Shown here one piece after another: positions 31,279 through 40,257 of a stretch of 42,730 bases of DNA. The notes under the pieces were generated by a model. It was not told the origin of the DNA and ran no database searches. It saw nothing but the letters and a program-made list of their open reading frames with translations. Numbering within the stretch: the first letter of the stretch is position 1; the number at the start of each line of letters is the position of its first letter. A program made the translations under genes and the position numbers. The stretch is taken from NCBI GenBank assembly GCA_041599235.1, contig JBFHWZ010000002.1:1-42730 (forward strand), read 5' to 3'. Origin of the DNA: Candidatus Woesearchaeota archaeon (GTDB lineage: Archaea; Nanobdellota; Nanobdellia; Woesearchaeales; ARS49).

Positions 31279-31448
31279 ACTAAACCTCGTTTTTGCAGTT
31301 CTGCTTTGCGCGCTTTGCGCCGATAGGGCCCATACTTATCATCAGGTGCGTATTTTGCTGGTCGCGTTGTTTCTGCCTGAGCGCCACAGGAGCATTGCTC
31401 CTGCATGGTGTACTTTTTGCAGTGCTTGCAGTACAATATGTGCTTCAT
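31275..31448 (-). CDS. nop10: H/ACA RNP protein Nop10 (57 aa; absent from supplied ORF track)
   Basis: My own translation of the minus strand gives MKHILYCKHCKKYTMQEQCSCGAQAETTRPAKYAPDDKYGPYRRKARKAELQKRGLV. It has a zinc ribbon C-x2-C...C-x-C plus P.KYsPDDkYg.YRR. ATGA overlaps occur at both ends. Confidence 0.8.
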   Translation of the reverse strand: MKHILYCKHCKKYTMQEQCSCGAQAETTRPAKYAPDDKYGPYRRKARKAELQKRGLV

Positions 31449-32224
31449 TCTAGTTCAATACGCTCGAATTTTGCAGTGACTTTTTCTTTGCGCGCATTTT
31501 CAAGCGTGCTTTCGACTGCGGTTTTAAGGCTTTTCTCAGCCTTTTTGTAATCATCACTGGTTATCTGCAAGCCATAGGTGCCTGCTCCTTTGTACTTGAT
31601 GGTTGGCTTGCCTGCCCCTGCTTCTGCTTTTTGCAAAAGCGCCTTAACAACATTCACTCCGTCGCTTGCGTAGCTCACTAAGGTCAGATTGCCGCCAATA
31701 GTCACTTCAGGCGGGGTGATGCGCTGCTTGATGCTCTCAGTCAATTCTTTGGCAAGCTTTTTGTCAAAGAACTTATCGAGCTTGAGCTTGTCATGCACTA
31801 CATCCTCAAATGCAGCAAACAAGGTCGGATAGTTCTTAAACAGCTTGTCAGTTATTTCATTATACAATTTTGGAAAATCTTTTTTTTCCTGCTTGGCAAT
31901 GTTCTCAACAATGCGCTCTGCCAACTGTTCCTGCTTGATCTGGTTGAGCTTCTGCCTTTTTTGCGATTCATTGACACGGCGCAAAGAAAGATCTATATGG
32001 CCTTTTTCCTTGCTGATCTTCAGAACCTTGCAGACAACCTTTTTGCCTTCAACAACATAATCGCGAATGTTTCTGATTCTTCCCGGAGCAACTTCAGAAA
32101 TATGAATCAAGCCGGTGCGGTCAAACTCATCAAGCTTAGCGAACACTGAATGATACTGTACTGCAGTTACGGTGCAGAGAACAAGCTCGTCTTCTTCAGG
32201 AAAGCCAGACTTTTTGAACAACAT
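31445..32224 (-). CDS. eif2a: Translation initiation factor 2 subunit alpha (aIF2-alpha)
   Basis: The N-terminal S1 domain (PEEDELVLCTVTAVQYHSVFAKLDEF...GLIHISEVAPGRIRNIRDYV) and the 259 aa length are typical. Confidence 0.9.
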   Translation of the reverse strand: MLFKKSGFPEEDELVLCTVTAVQYHSVFAKLDEFDRTGLIHISEVAPGRIRNIRDYVVEGKKVVCKVLKISKEKGHIDLSLRRVNESQKRQKLNQIKQEQLAERIVENIAKQEKKDFPKLYNEITDKLFKNYPTLFAAFEDVVHDKLKLDKFFDKKLAKELTESIKQRITPPEVTIGGNLTLVSYASDGVNVVKALLQKAEAGAGKPTIKYKGAGTYGLQITSDDYKKAEKSLKTAVESTLENARKEKVTAKFERIELE

Positions 32225-32410
32225 TTATTCGAGCACCTCAAGCACTCGCGCTTTAACCTTGCTTTTGCCGCCTGTTGGATCTGCCAATACTTTGCTGCAG
32301 ACCAGGCAGTTCACTTTAGATGAAGCCTTGCCGAACATAATCTGTTCATTCTTGCATTTTGGGCAACGTACCTTAATAAACTTTGAACTGGTCTCTTGTG
32401 GTGCTTTCAT
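32225..32410 (-). CDS. rps27e: 30S ribosomal protein S27e
   Basis: 61 aa. FIKVRCPKCKNEQIMFGKASSKVNCLVCSKVLADPTGGK is a C4 zinc ribbon. Confidence 0.9.
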   Translation of the reverse strand: MKAPQETSSKFIKVRCPKCKNEQIMFGKASSKVNCLVCSKVLADPTGGKSKVKARVLEVLE

Positions 32411-32721
32411 TTGAACTCTACCCTCTTAGCCCGCCAGGCACTGCCTGATATGTGCATTTTCTTGCAGCCCATGCACTGATAGCGCAGATCCACCTTCTTG
32501 GTCTGCTTTCTGCCAGTCATACGCCACTTGCTCAATGCAGGCTTGGAATACCGACCCATGCTGCCCGAGTTCAGCCTACCTCTGCGCTTAGCTCGCTTCT
32601 TGCTGCCATAGCTCATCGGATGCGCACTGTTTGGTGTCTTCTTCTTAGCTTCAGTCACCTTATGCTCAGTATGCTTCTTACACTTTGGACAGTAGGTCTT
32701 TTTATTCTTAGGAATCTTCAT
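32407..32721 (-). CDS. rpl44e: 50S ribosomal protein L44e (eL42)
   Basis: MKIPKNKKTYCPKCKKHTEHKV...C..CKK. ATG 32721 is preferred; the GTG at 32727 in the ORF track is an alternative. Confidence 0.9.
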   Translation of the reverse strand: MKIPKNKKTYCPKCKKHTEHKVTEAKKKTPNSAHPMSYGSKKRAKRRGRLNSGSMGRYSKPALSKWRMTGRKQTKKVDLRYQCMGCKKMHISGSAWRAKRVEFK

Positions 32722-32756
32722 AATCACTACCCCTATCGACTAAAGAACCAATGGCC

Positions 32757-32766
32757 ATTTAAAAAG
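32757..32766 (-). promoter_or_regulatory. TATA-like box (ctttttaaat) for the rpl44e-rps27e-eif2a-nop10-PAC2 operon
   Basis: Minus-strand read, 30-36 nt upstream of the rpl44e start. Confidence 0.4.
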
Positions 32767-32776
32767 CTTTTGGTGT

Positions 32777-33463
32777 CTATACTTCCTCAGCATCCTTATT
32801 ATGTATAAGCGGCTGGGCCACTTCTGCAGGCAGTTCTGCTACTGCGCCTTGCTCATACGGGCCATACGATTCCAGTTCTTTGCCAATAAAGGCCTCAACT
32901 GCTTTTAAGAACTTGACTTTTTTAGTGCTCAGAGCAGGTGCTGGCGTGAGTTCTGTAGGCTGTTCTGGCTCAGGTGCTGGCTCTGGCGCAGGCTGTTCCA
33001 TTGCTTTTGGCGCTGTTTCAAGCGCACTGGCTTCTTTTAATTCAAGAATTTTCATCAATAAGCGCTCCCGATAGGAATCAAGCGTGCTGACCATGCTCTC
33101 AAAAAAGGTTTTTTCCTGGTCAAGCAGGTTTGAGGTATCCATTATGTTGGAGTTGGTCTTTGATTTGTTCATTGCCATCTCCAGAATTTTCTTTTCCCTG
33201 CGCTCATATAATTCTTTGATGACCCTGCGGATATTATACAGCTGCATCTGGGTTTTTTCGCGCTCATCAACTGAGAACAGGTCAGTTTTGCCAGCAGCAT
33301 TATCATAAATGCGCTGCTTTTGCGCTAAGTAAGTGAACACATCATTAAAGAAATTCGGGTCAAGCCGTTGGAGCTCTTCATTGCTCTTCTCTCTACGCAG
33401 AATCTCAAACAATGTTTCATATGTTATGAGCACTTCTTTAGAAGCTTCCAACCTACCACCCAA
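32777..33463 (-). CDS. GINS-like DNA replication complex subunit (tentative)
   Basis: ITYETLFEILRREKSNEELQRLDPNFFNDVFTYL...LYNIRRVIKELYERREKKIL resembles the archaeal GINS A-domain. TTG start (33463 or 33451), 20-30 nt from a TATA box. Confidence 0.45.
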   Translation of the reverse strand: MGGRLEASKEVLITYETLFEILRREKSNEELQRLDPNFFNDVFTYLAQKQRIYDNAAGKTDLFSVDEREKTQMQLYNIRRVIKELYERREKKILEMAMNKSKTNSNIMDTSNLLDQEKTFFESMVSTLDSYRERLLMKILELKEASALETAPKAMEQPAPEPAPEPEQPTELTPAPALSTKKVKFLKAVEAFIGKELESYGPYEQGAVAELPAEVAQPLIHNKDAEEV

Positions 33464-33482
33464 TAATACAAAGACTGGCTTC

Positions 33483-33491
33483 TATATAAAA
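33483..33491 (-). promoter_or_regulatory. TATA box (ttttatata) for the GINS-like gene
   Basis: Minus-strand read, 20 nt upstream of TTG 33463. Confidence 0.45.
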
Positions 33492-33527
33492 GTATTCCCT
33501 CCTTTTTCGGAAACATACCAACGCAAG

Positions 33528-33535
33528 ATTTATAA
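33528..33535 (+). promoter_or_regulatory. TATA box (atttataa) for the DoxX gene
   Basis: Followed by SD GGAGGTGG at 33562-33569 and ATG 33574. Confidence 0.5.
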
Positions 33536-33573
33536 GTAAGCTTTACAAAAAGTGTAAAATCGGAGGTGGTTTT

Positions 33574-33966
33574 ATGAAAAAAGACTGGAACAATTGGAGC
33601 TTATTCTTTCTCCGCATAGTTGTTGCTGCTATTTTTCTCTATCATGGGTGGCCAAAAGCAACTGACTTTACCATGGCTATGGAGAAATTTGTCGGCATGG
33701 GATTCCCCGGATTTCTCGGTCCCGTCGTTGGCATCGTAGAAGTGATTGCAGCAGTGCTTATCTTGCTTGGCATATGGCATGCATGGGCAAACTATGCTCT
33801 GGCGGTCATCATTGTTGTTGCCATTGCAGGAGTCCAAATACCAGGAGCAATCAGCGCAGGCAAACTGCTCCCTGCAGGACTTGAACGAGACTTGCTCATA
33901 TTAGCAGGAACACTGGTGCTTGCCTTGCACGGTCCAGGAGCGTGCACAGTAAAGAAAAAGAAATAA
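33574..33966 (+). CDS. DoxX-family membrane protein
   Basis: 130 aa with four TM segments. FLRIVVAAIFLYHGWPK is the DoxX signature. GGAGGTGG lies 5 nt upstream of the ATG. Confidence 0.75.
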   Translation: MKKDWNNWSLFFLRIVVAAIFLYHGWPKATDFTMAMEKFVGMGFPGFLGPVVGIVEVIAAVLILLGIWHAWANYALAVIIVVAIAGVQIPGAISAGKLLPAGLERDLLILAGTLVLALHGPGACTVKKKK

Positions 33967-33971
33967 ATTTT

Positions 33972-34586
33972 TTATTCTTTTTTATTTCCGAAATACTTGT
34001 AGATTGGCTGCTGTTCTTTGACCAGTTCTTTGTTGGCATGCCTGCTGAGGACATGGAATAAGGAACTGAGCCTATTAATATAGCGTAGAATGTCAGGATT
34101 GATGTTGTAATATTTGGTCAAGCGTACAATCAAACGCTCTGCGCGCCTGCACGTGGTCCTGCATAAGTGCAAAAAGCTTGCTGAAGTTGTGCCGCCCGGC
34201 AAGATAAATGCTTTTTGTATGGGCAGGTTTTTTTCTAAATCATCAATAAGCTGCTCAAGCTCATCAACATGGTCTGTGGTGACCACGGGCAAGGGCTTGC
34301 TCATGGATTGCGCTTTTTGGCACACGCTCGCCAGCTCTGCACCTAAGGTAAAGAGATCATTCTGCACAGTGCTCAGCGTTTGCCGAGCGTGCTCATCCTC
34401 GATAAATGCCAAGGTGACGCCAATGACTGCATTGAGCTCATCAAGCGTGCCATAGGCTTCAATGCGAATATCATCCTTTCTAACACGCTCGCCACCAACA
34501 AAACTGGTTTCTCCAGCATCACCTGTTCGGGTGTATAAACTCAACTGCACCCTCCGGTAGCACCGCATACATCGCAGATGGTGCAC
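33972..34586 (-). CDS. ATP:cob(I)alamin adenosyltransferase, PduO/MMAB type
   Basis: [41 protein letters not shown] is the canonical PduO-type N-terminus. The true start is probably nearer 34544-34568: ATG 34568, GTG 34550, or TTG 34544 forming a TTGA overlap with the nrdJ stop. Confidence 0.8.
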   Translation of the reverse strand: MHHLRCMRCYRRVQLSLYTRTGDAGETSFVGGERVRKDDIRIEAYGTLDELNAVIGVTLAFIEDEHARQTLSTVQNDLFTLGAELASVCQKAQSMSKPLPVVTTDHVDELEQLIDDLEKNLPIQKAFILPGGTTSASFLHLCRTTCRRAERLIVRLTKYYNINPDILRYINRLSSLFHVLSRHANKELVKEQQPIYKYFGNKKE

Positions 34587-37525
34587 ACGCCGTTCTGGCG
34601 AACCATTTTAGCGCCGCAGCTGTGGCAGGACTCATCGCCTTTATAGCCTGCTGCTTTCACATCGCCAATTTCTGCTTCAGAACCATTGCTGGCAACAGCG
34701 ACCATAGGCCGTATGTCTTCTTCAGCTTCTTCCACGACCAGGGATGGTTCAGCCTGTTCAACAACCATTGACTCGTCTATCTGTTCGTTGCTTTCCAGCA
34801 AGCGCTTGAGCTCAGGATGATCCTGGAACGTAGTATTCAATGGCTGTGACAACTTGCTGCTGTCCCTGTAAAGCGCCACTGCTTTGCTCATGTGCTTCCA
34901 GGCAAAAGAATATGCTTCTTTGATATCTTCAACAGAAGAATCCCGCGACATGTTGATTGTTTTGCTGATTGCGCCTGAGATAAAGGGCTGTACTGCAGTG
35001 ACCATCTTCAGGTGGCCGTACGGGCTAATGTAGCGCTGGCCGTGAGCACCGCACTTGTTTGCGCAATCGAACACGGGCAAGTGCTCTGCTTTAAGGTGCG
35101 GTGCGCCTTCAACAGTCATGGTGCCGCAGACATAATCATTTGCTATGCTGATGTGTTCTTCAGAAAAGCCCAGTTCCTTGAGCATGTCAAACTCAGGATT
35201 GTTTAATTGTTCGTCGCTAAAGCCTAACTGCCTACAGAAGTCAGTGCCAAGCACCCATTGCGTAAAGGCGTACTTGATTTCAGACACTGTTGGCAATTGC
35301 TTTTCTAATGCTGCAAGCTGCTCATCGCCAAAGCCTTTTGCTTTCAAAATATCGGGGTTAATGGTTTCGCAGCCTGCAAGCGTGCCGCGTCCTAAGCAAT
35401 AGGTAATGACATCATTGATTTGTTCAGTGGTATAATCCAATCGCTTCAAGGCATTAGGCACTGACTGGTTAACGATCTTCAGATACCCGCCCCCTGCAAG
35501 TTTCTTGAACTTAACCAAGGCATAATCAGGCTCAACACCGGTGGTATCACAGTCCATGACCAGCGCAATGGTTCCTGTTGGCGCAATGACGGTCACTTGC
35601 GCATTTCGGTAGCCATGCTGTTCACCCAGCTCAAGCGCTTTGTCCCATGCATGATGCGCTGCCTCCAGCAATGCTGACGGGCACGTGTTTTGATCTAATG
35701 CATCTGGCTTGATGGTCAGACCCTCATAGGAGTCGTCATTGTAGGCAGCGCGGCGATGGTTTTTGATAACGCGCAGCATATGCTGCTTGTTTGGCTCATA
35801 GCCATCAAAGGTGCCCAGTTCGCGCGCCATTTCTGCACTGGTTGCATATGATTCTCCGCACATGATTGCAGTGATGGCGCCAGCAATTGCACGGCCCTTG
35901 TCACTATCGTATGGAATGCCCATGCGCATCAGCACACTGCCAATGTTCGCATAGCCCAAGCCAAGTGTCCTGTACTTGAAGGTCTTGAGCGCAACTTCTT
36001 TGCTTGGCAGTTGCGCCATAAGAACGGAAATCTCCAAAATAAGTGTCCACAAGCGCGTTGCGTGCTTAAAGCCCTCGATGTCAAACTCGCCTGTTTCGTC
36101 ATTGAATAAGGTGCCGAGATTAATACTGGCAAGGTTGCAGGCAGTATCGTCTAAGAACATGTATTCGCTGCACGGATTGCTTGCATTGATTTTGCCATCT
36201 TCTGGGCAGGTATGCCATTCATTGATGGTGGTGTCATACTGCACACCTGGATCAGCTGATGCCCAGGCGCAGTAGCCAACTTCTTCCCAGAGCTGCCGAG
36301 CAGGGATTTCTCTCATGACCTCGCCTGTTGTCCGCGCTTTGAGCTGCCACATGGTGCCATCTTCCACAGCAGCAAAGAATGCGTTGGGAATGCGTATGCT
36401 GTTGTTGCTGTTCTGGCCGCTGACCGTGAGGTATGCCTCATTGTTGTAGTCAGTGTCAAATGTTTCCAGCAACAGTTTTTTGTTTTGTTTACCAAGATCC
36501 ATGGCTCGCACAATGTAATTGAGCGGTACATGGTCATGTGCAGCAGCGCGCACTGCATGCGCAAGCGCCCTGTTATTGGTGATATCTGCATTTTCCTGCG
36601 CCAATGCAGTTACTTTGTCAAGATGCGCCTTCATGGTCGCTGCGCCAGTGACCAAGCTTGCCACTTTTTCTTCTTCCTTGACTTTCCACCAGATAAAGGT
36701 CTGGATTTCCGGATGGTCCATATCCAAACAGACCATTTTGGCAGCTCGTCGTGTTGTGCCGCCTGACTTGATGGAGCCTGCTGAGCGGTCAAACACTTTC
36801 AGGAATGACATAAGCCCTGATGAAACGCCGCCGCCTGAGAGCCGTTCTCCTGCGCCGCGCAAGGTTGAGAAGTTTGTGCCTGTTCCTGAGCCGTACTTGA
36901 AAATGCGTGCTTCGCGTGTTAAGACATCAAAGATGCTGCCTTCGTTCAGCAAGTCATCCCTGATCTTCTGAATAAAACACGCGTGCGGCTGCGGTCTGGT
37001 GTATGCATCCTTTGAGCGCGTGAGCTCTTTGGTATCAGGATCAACATAATAATGGCCTTGCGATGGACCGGTGATGTCATAGGCATACTGCAGGCCAGTA
37101 TTGAACCATTGCGGTGAATTAGGTGCAGCCATTTGGTGCAAGAGCATATACACCACTTCATCATAAAATGCTTTTGCATCAGCATCAGAAGCAAAGTACT
37201 TGTACTGATAGCCCCAACTTGCCCAGCAGCCTGCCAAGCGATGCACAACCTGCTTTACGCTTTGCTCAGCGCCATAGGTGGTGGTGCCTTTTTCATCAGT
37301 ATAGGGAACGCCTGCTTTGCGGAAATATTTTTGTGCAAGAATGTCAGTTGCCACTTGCGACCAGAACGTTGGCACTTCAACATCAGTCATCTCAAACACA
37401 ATGCTGCCATTAGGATTGCGAATAATAGAGCTGCGCTTCTCATAGGTCACGCTTTCGTACGGGTCAGTGCCATCTTTGGTGAAATACCGCGGTATTGCTA
37501 GTCCTCTATTTTTCTCGTCTGTCAT
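34541..37525 (-). CDS. nrdJ: Adenosylcobalamin-dependent (class II) ribonucleotide reductase, long form without ATP-cone
   Basis: 994 aa. The N-terminus is [19 protein letters not shown]...[24 protein letters not shown]. Redox Cys at PHACFI, the finger loop ASNPCSEY...ACNLASINL is intact, and there is a C-terminal Cys-rich tail CHSC...CTICDVCG. Confidence 0.9.
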   Translation of the reverse strand: MTDEKNRGLAIPRYFTKDGTDPYESVTYEKRSSIIRNPNGSIVFEMTDVEVPTFWSQVATDILAQKYFRKAGVPYTDEKGTTTYGAEQSVKQVVHRLAGCWASWGYQYKYFASDADAKAFYDEVVYMLLHQMAAPNSPQWFNTGLQYAYDITGPSQGHYYVDPDTKELTRSKDAYTRPQPHACFIQKIRDDLLNEGSIFDVLTREARIFKYGSGTGTNFSTLRGAGERLSGGGVSSGLMSFLKVFDRSAGSIKSGGTTRRAAKMVCLDMDHPEIQTFIWWKVKEEEKVASLVTGAATMKAHLDKVTALAQENADITNNRALAHAVRAAAHDHVPLNYIVRAMDLGKQNKKLLLETFDTDYNNEAYLTVSGQNSNNSIRIPNAFFAAVEDGTMWQLKARTTGEVMREIPARQLWEEVGYCAWASADPGVQYDTTINEWHTCPEDGKINASNPCSEYMFLDDTACNLASINLGTLFNDETGEFDIEGFKHATRLWTLILEISVLMAQLPSKEVALKTFKYRTLGLGYANIGSVLMRMGIPYDSDKGRAIAGAITAIMCGESYATSAEMARELGTFDGYEPNKQHMLRVIKNHRRAAYNDDSYEGLTIKPDALDQNTCPSALLEAAHHAWDKALELGEQHGYRNAQVTVIAPTGTIALVMDCDTTGVEPDYALVKFKKLAGGGYLKIVNQSVPNALKRLDYTTEQINDVITYCLGRGTLAGCETINPDILKAKGFGDEQLAALEKQLPTVSEIKYAFTQWVLGTDFCRQLGFSDEQLNNPEFDMLKELGFSEEHISIANDYVCGTMTVEGAPHLKAEHLPVFDCANKCGAHGQRYISPYGHLKMVTAVQPFISGAISKTINMSRDSSVEDIKEAYSFAWKHMSKAVALYRDSSKLSQPLNTTFQDHPELKRLLESNEQIDESMVVEQAEPSLVVEEAEEDIRPMVAVASNGSEAEIGDVKAAGYKGDESCHSCGAKMVRQNGVCTICDVCGATGGCS

Positions 37526-37528
37526 TCT

Positions 37529-39577
37529 CTACACCTCTATTTTTAGCTTTTTTTTCGACTGTTGTGAACGCGAATGAATCAACTGCTGCTGGCTGCTGCC
37601 ATCGCGATACACGTGCACACTCTTGCAGCCCAGGGCATAGGCTCTTTTGTACACGTCCTCTATTTCATGTATGGTGGCTGTGGCTGGCAGGTTGATGGTT
37701 TTACTCACGCCATTATCAGTATGCTTTTGGAATGCTGCTTGCATGGCCAGATGCTCGCCAACACTGCAGTCTTGAGCAGTTACAAACAGACTGCGCCATT
37801 TTTCAGGAATTTCCTTGTTGCTGCGCACGCTGCCGGCAAGCGCAATTTTTTTCATAAGATCTGTTGAATAAAATCCTTCTTTGCGCGAAACAGTATCAAA
37901 GAGCGGAATCAGTTCAAAGGTTTCTGCTGTTGGCCCGCGCTTCAAGTAGCTGATAGCAAAATGGGGTTCAATGCCCTGGCTGCAGCCAGCAATGATGCTG
38001 GTGATGCCGCTTGCGCAAATGGTGGTCCTGCTTGCATTGCGCACTTTCTCGTTTTTACGCACATAGGTGCTTTTTCGGTAATGCGCGAACGTGCCCCTTT
38101 TTTTGGCAAGCTCCATGCTTGCGTTTTTTGCTTCAGTGCTCACATAGCGCATCACTTTTTCAGCAAGCTTCAGCGCTTCAGGATGATTATAGGGTATGCT
38201 TATTTTTATCAGCGCATCTGCCCAGCCAATGACGCCAACGCCAATACGCCGCGAGCCCTCCATGGCTTCTTTCATCTTCGGCAATGGATACAGGCAGACA
38301 TCAATAGCATTGTCAAGCAGGTGGACAGTGGTATGCACTGAGTGCCGCAGCTTTTCCCAATTGAAATCATCTTGCGCAACATGATTTGCGAGATTGATGC
38401 TTGCAGTAAAGCAGCCCTCATAGGGCAAGAGCGGATGCTCGCCCGTAGGGATGGTTGCTTCGATCAATGAGTCATCGAAAGGATTGGTCGGTGCCTTGTT
38501 CATGTTATTCAGAAAAACCGCTGCTGGATCGCCTGTTCGCCAGGCAAGTGTTGCCAGCATGTCCAGCACGCTCCTGGCACGAAGCTTATTCACTTCCTGC
38601 TTGGTGTTGGGGTCAATCAACGGATAGTCCCGGTCTTCAGCAACTGCTTTCATGAACTCTTTGGTGAGCAGCACTGAAAGCCCAAAGCTTTGCAGGTTTT
38701 CACTTTCTTTTGCAGTGATGAAGCTGATAATATCAGGATGGTGCACGCTCAAAAATGCCAAGTTGGTACCGTGCGGGTTTATCTGGTGCAAAGCCCGATC
38801 ATACAACCGCAAGAAGGCAACAGGACCTGAGGCGCCAGCGCCTTGCGTGATTGAGCTGCCTTTTGCCCGTACTGGTGAAAAGGAAAGGCCCAGGCCAAAG
38901 CCGCGCTGCTGGTTTTTGTGCAGCAATGATGCTTGCTTGAGCGTATCAAACAGTCCTGCAATGTCATCGTGTACTGGCAGCACAAACCCATCGCTCAGCA
39001 GGGGCTGATCAGTGCCTGCATGGCGCAGTATGCTTATGCTGGGAATCATATCGCGATTAGTCATGAGGTTAGCAAACAAGTGCTCTGTTTTCTGCTGGTC
39101 GCCGCTGTATTTTTTTTCTGCCTGCGCCAGTGCTGCTGCAACGCGCTCAAACATCTGCCGTGGCGTCTCTTGCTTGTTGTTCTTGGTTTGCAGCAAGCCA
39201 TACTGCCTGAGAATCTTCAGCGCATCAAAGGAAAGCTTGAGATCATCTTCCACGCCGAGCGCTGATTTGGTTTCGCGCAGTTCCTGGCGCTTTTGCCGGT
39301 ACAAGATATATGACTTGGCAGTCTGGCTGTGCCCATGCTCAATCAGCGCTTCTTCAACACTGTCCTGCACATCTTCAACTGCAGGTATTTTATTTTTGAA
39401 CTTCTGCTCAACTTTTTTGACAACCAGCTCAGCTACAGTGATCACTTCATCAGGCCCGCCTTCACCTGTTGCTGAAAATGCCCGCTCAAGCGCATACGCT
39501 ACTTTGGTGGGGTCAAATGGCACAACGCTGCCATTACGCTTTCTGACTTTTGTTAATGTTGGGCTGTTAAGGTCCAT
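37529..39577 (-). CDS. Class II RNR paralog with N-terminal ATP-cone but substituted catalytic residues (putative pseudo-enzyme)
   Basis: ATP-cone: VRKRNGSVVPFDPTKV...VEDVQDSVEEALIE...AKSYILYRQKR. The RNR core aligns well, but SDGFVLPV replaces SACFV.PV and EATIPTGEH...GCFTASINL replaces sTNPCGE...aCNLgSINL. Confidence 0.75.
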   Translation of the reverse strand: MDLNSPTLTKVRKRNGSVVPFDPTKVAYALERAFSATGEGGPDEVITVAELVVKKVEQKFKNKIPAVEDVQDSVEEALIEHGHSQTAKSYILYRQKRQELRETKSALGVEDDLKLSFDALKILRQYGLLQTKNNKQETPRQMFERVAAALAQAEKKYSGDQQKTEHLFANLMTNRDMIPSISILRHAGTDQPLLSDGFVLPVHDDIAGLFDTLKQASLLHKNQQRGFGLGLSFSPVRAKGSSITQGAGASGPVAFLRLYDRALHQINPHGTNLAFLSVHHPDIISFITAKESENLQSFGLSVLLTKEFMKAVAEDRDYPLIDPNTKQEVNKLRARSVLDMLATLAWRTGDPAAVFLNNMNKAPTNPFDDSLIEATIPTGEHPLLPYEGCFTASINLANHVAQDDFNWEKLRHSVHTTVHLLDNAIDVCLYPLPKMKEAMEGSRRIGVGVIGWADALIKISIPYNHPEALKLAEKVMRYVSTEAKNASMELAKKRGTFAHYRKSTYVRKNEKVRNASRTTICASGITSIIAGCSQGIEPHFAISYLKRGPTAETFELIPLFDTVSRKEGFYSTDLMKKIALAGSVRSNKEIPEKWRSLFVTAQDCSVGEHLAMQAAFQKHTDNGVSKTINLPATATIHEIEDVYKRAYALGCKSVHVYRDGSSQQQLIHSRSQQSKKKLKIEV

Positions 39578-40041
39578 TTTTTCTTCTTCTTGTTGGTCTT
39601 GAGCTTTTCAACTTCTTTAGCAAACTCAGCTGCGCTCTTAAAGCCCTTATAGACTGAGGCAAAGCGCACGTACGCAACATGATCAAGCTCTTTCAGTGCT
39701 TCAACAACCATGCTGCCGATTTTCTTGCTCGGAACATCAGTGGTGTTCATGAGGCGAATCTGCGCTTCAAGATGATCAACTGTCTTGTGTATTTTGCTCA
39801 TGCTGACTGGGCGCTTTTCACAGGCTTTGAGAATGCCTGCCATCAGCTTCTGCTTCTCAAACGGCACTTTCTTGCCATCCTTCTTGAGTACTGAGATGCC
39901 CAGCACTTCAGTGCGTTCATAGGTAGTGAAGCGTTTGCTGCACTTCTCACAGGACCGCCTTCTGCGGATGCTGTCCAAGCGGGATGTCATGCGCGAATCT
40001 AGGACTCGAGTATTCATATGAAGACAATACGGGCAACGCAT
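39553..40041 (-). CDS. nrdR: Transcriptional repressor NrdR (Zn-ribbon + ATP-cone)
   Basis: MRCPYCLHMNTRVLDSR....IRRRRSCEKCSKRFTTYE, then an ATP-cone (VLKKDGKKVPFEKQKL...VAYVRFASVYK). The 3' end overlaps the next gene by 25 nt. Confidence 0.85.
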   Translation of the reverse strand: MRCPYCLHMNTRVLDSRMTSRLDSIRRRRSCEKCSKRFTTYERTEVLGISVLKKDGKKVPFEKQKLMAGILKACEKRPVSMSKIHKTVDHLEAQIRLMNTTDVPSKKIGSMVVEALKELDHVAYVRFASVYKGFKSAAEFAKEVEKLKTNKKKKKWTLTAQH

Positions 40042-40074
40042 ACAATCACCTTTTTGTTATTTTATAGTCAAAAA

Positions 40075-40090
40075 ACACCACATATTGTGG
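40075..40090. promoter_or_regulatory. Candidate NrdR box (ACACCACATATTGTGG)
   Basis: 13 of 16 positions match the published NrdR-box consensus acaCwAtATaTwGtgt. The arms accaca/tgtggt form an inverted repeat. The site lies between a TATA-like box and the nrdR start. Confidence 0.4.
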
Positions 40091-40126
40091 TTTGCTGGCT
40101 TCTAAAGTACTAGAAGGGGTGGGAGC

Positions 40127-40134
40127 TATTTAAA
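40127..40134 (-). promoter_or_regulatory. TATA-like box (tttaaata) for the nrdR-RNR operon
   Basis: The minus strand reads gtttaaatag. It would place the candidate NrdR box in the 5' leader. Confidence 0.35.
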
Positions 40135-40229
40135 CATTATTAGGTGAAAAGCTATAGTCCGCAACATAGTTTTTTCATTGGGTTACCATTACTCAATAGA
40201 ATCCTTTGTTTGTAACAATAAGAAATAGA

Positions 40230-40237
40230 TTTATATA
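40230..40237 (+). promoter_or_regulatory. TATA box (tttatata) for the nth operon
   Basis: 21 nt upstream of GTG 40258 and 27 nt upstream of ATG 40264. Confidence 0.55.
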
Positions 40238-40257
40238 ATCTTTAATTATTTTCAATA

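Noticed and set aside
34541-37525. Possible intein in the 994-aa NrdJ, since archaeal RNRs often carry inteins
   Set aside because: The RNR motifs are contiguous. I see no Cys/Ser-initiated insertion ending in HN followed by C/S/T, and no LAGLIDADG-like block. The length is normal for the long bacterial-type NrdJ.
39012-39602. 196-aa plus-strand ORF and other plus-strand ORFs across 37495-39602
   Set aside because: They are antisense to the RNR paralog, with Ser/Cys/Leu-rich shadow composition.
40100-40115. Second NrdR box or operator (ttcta-aagtac-tagaa inverted repeat)
   Set aside because: It has only 5-bp arms and does not match the NrdR-box consensus. It is noted only as a minor palindrome.
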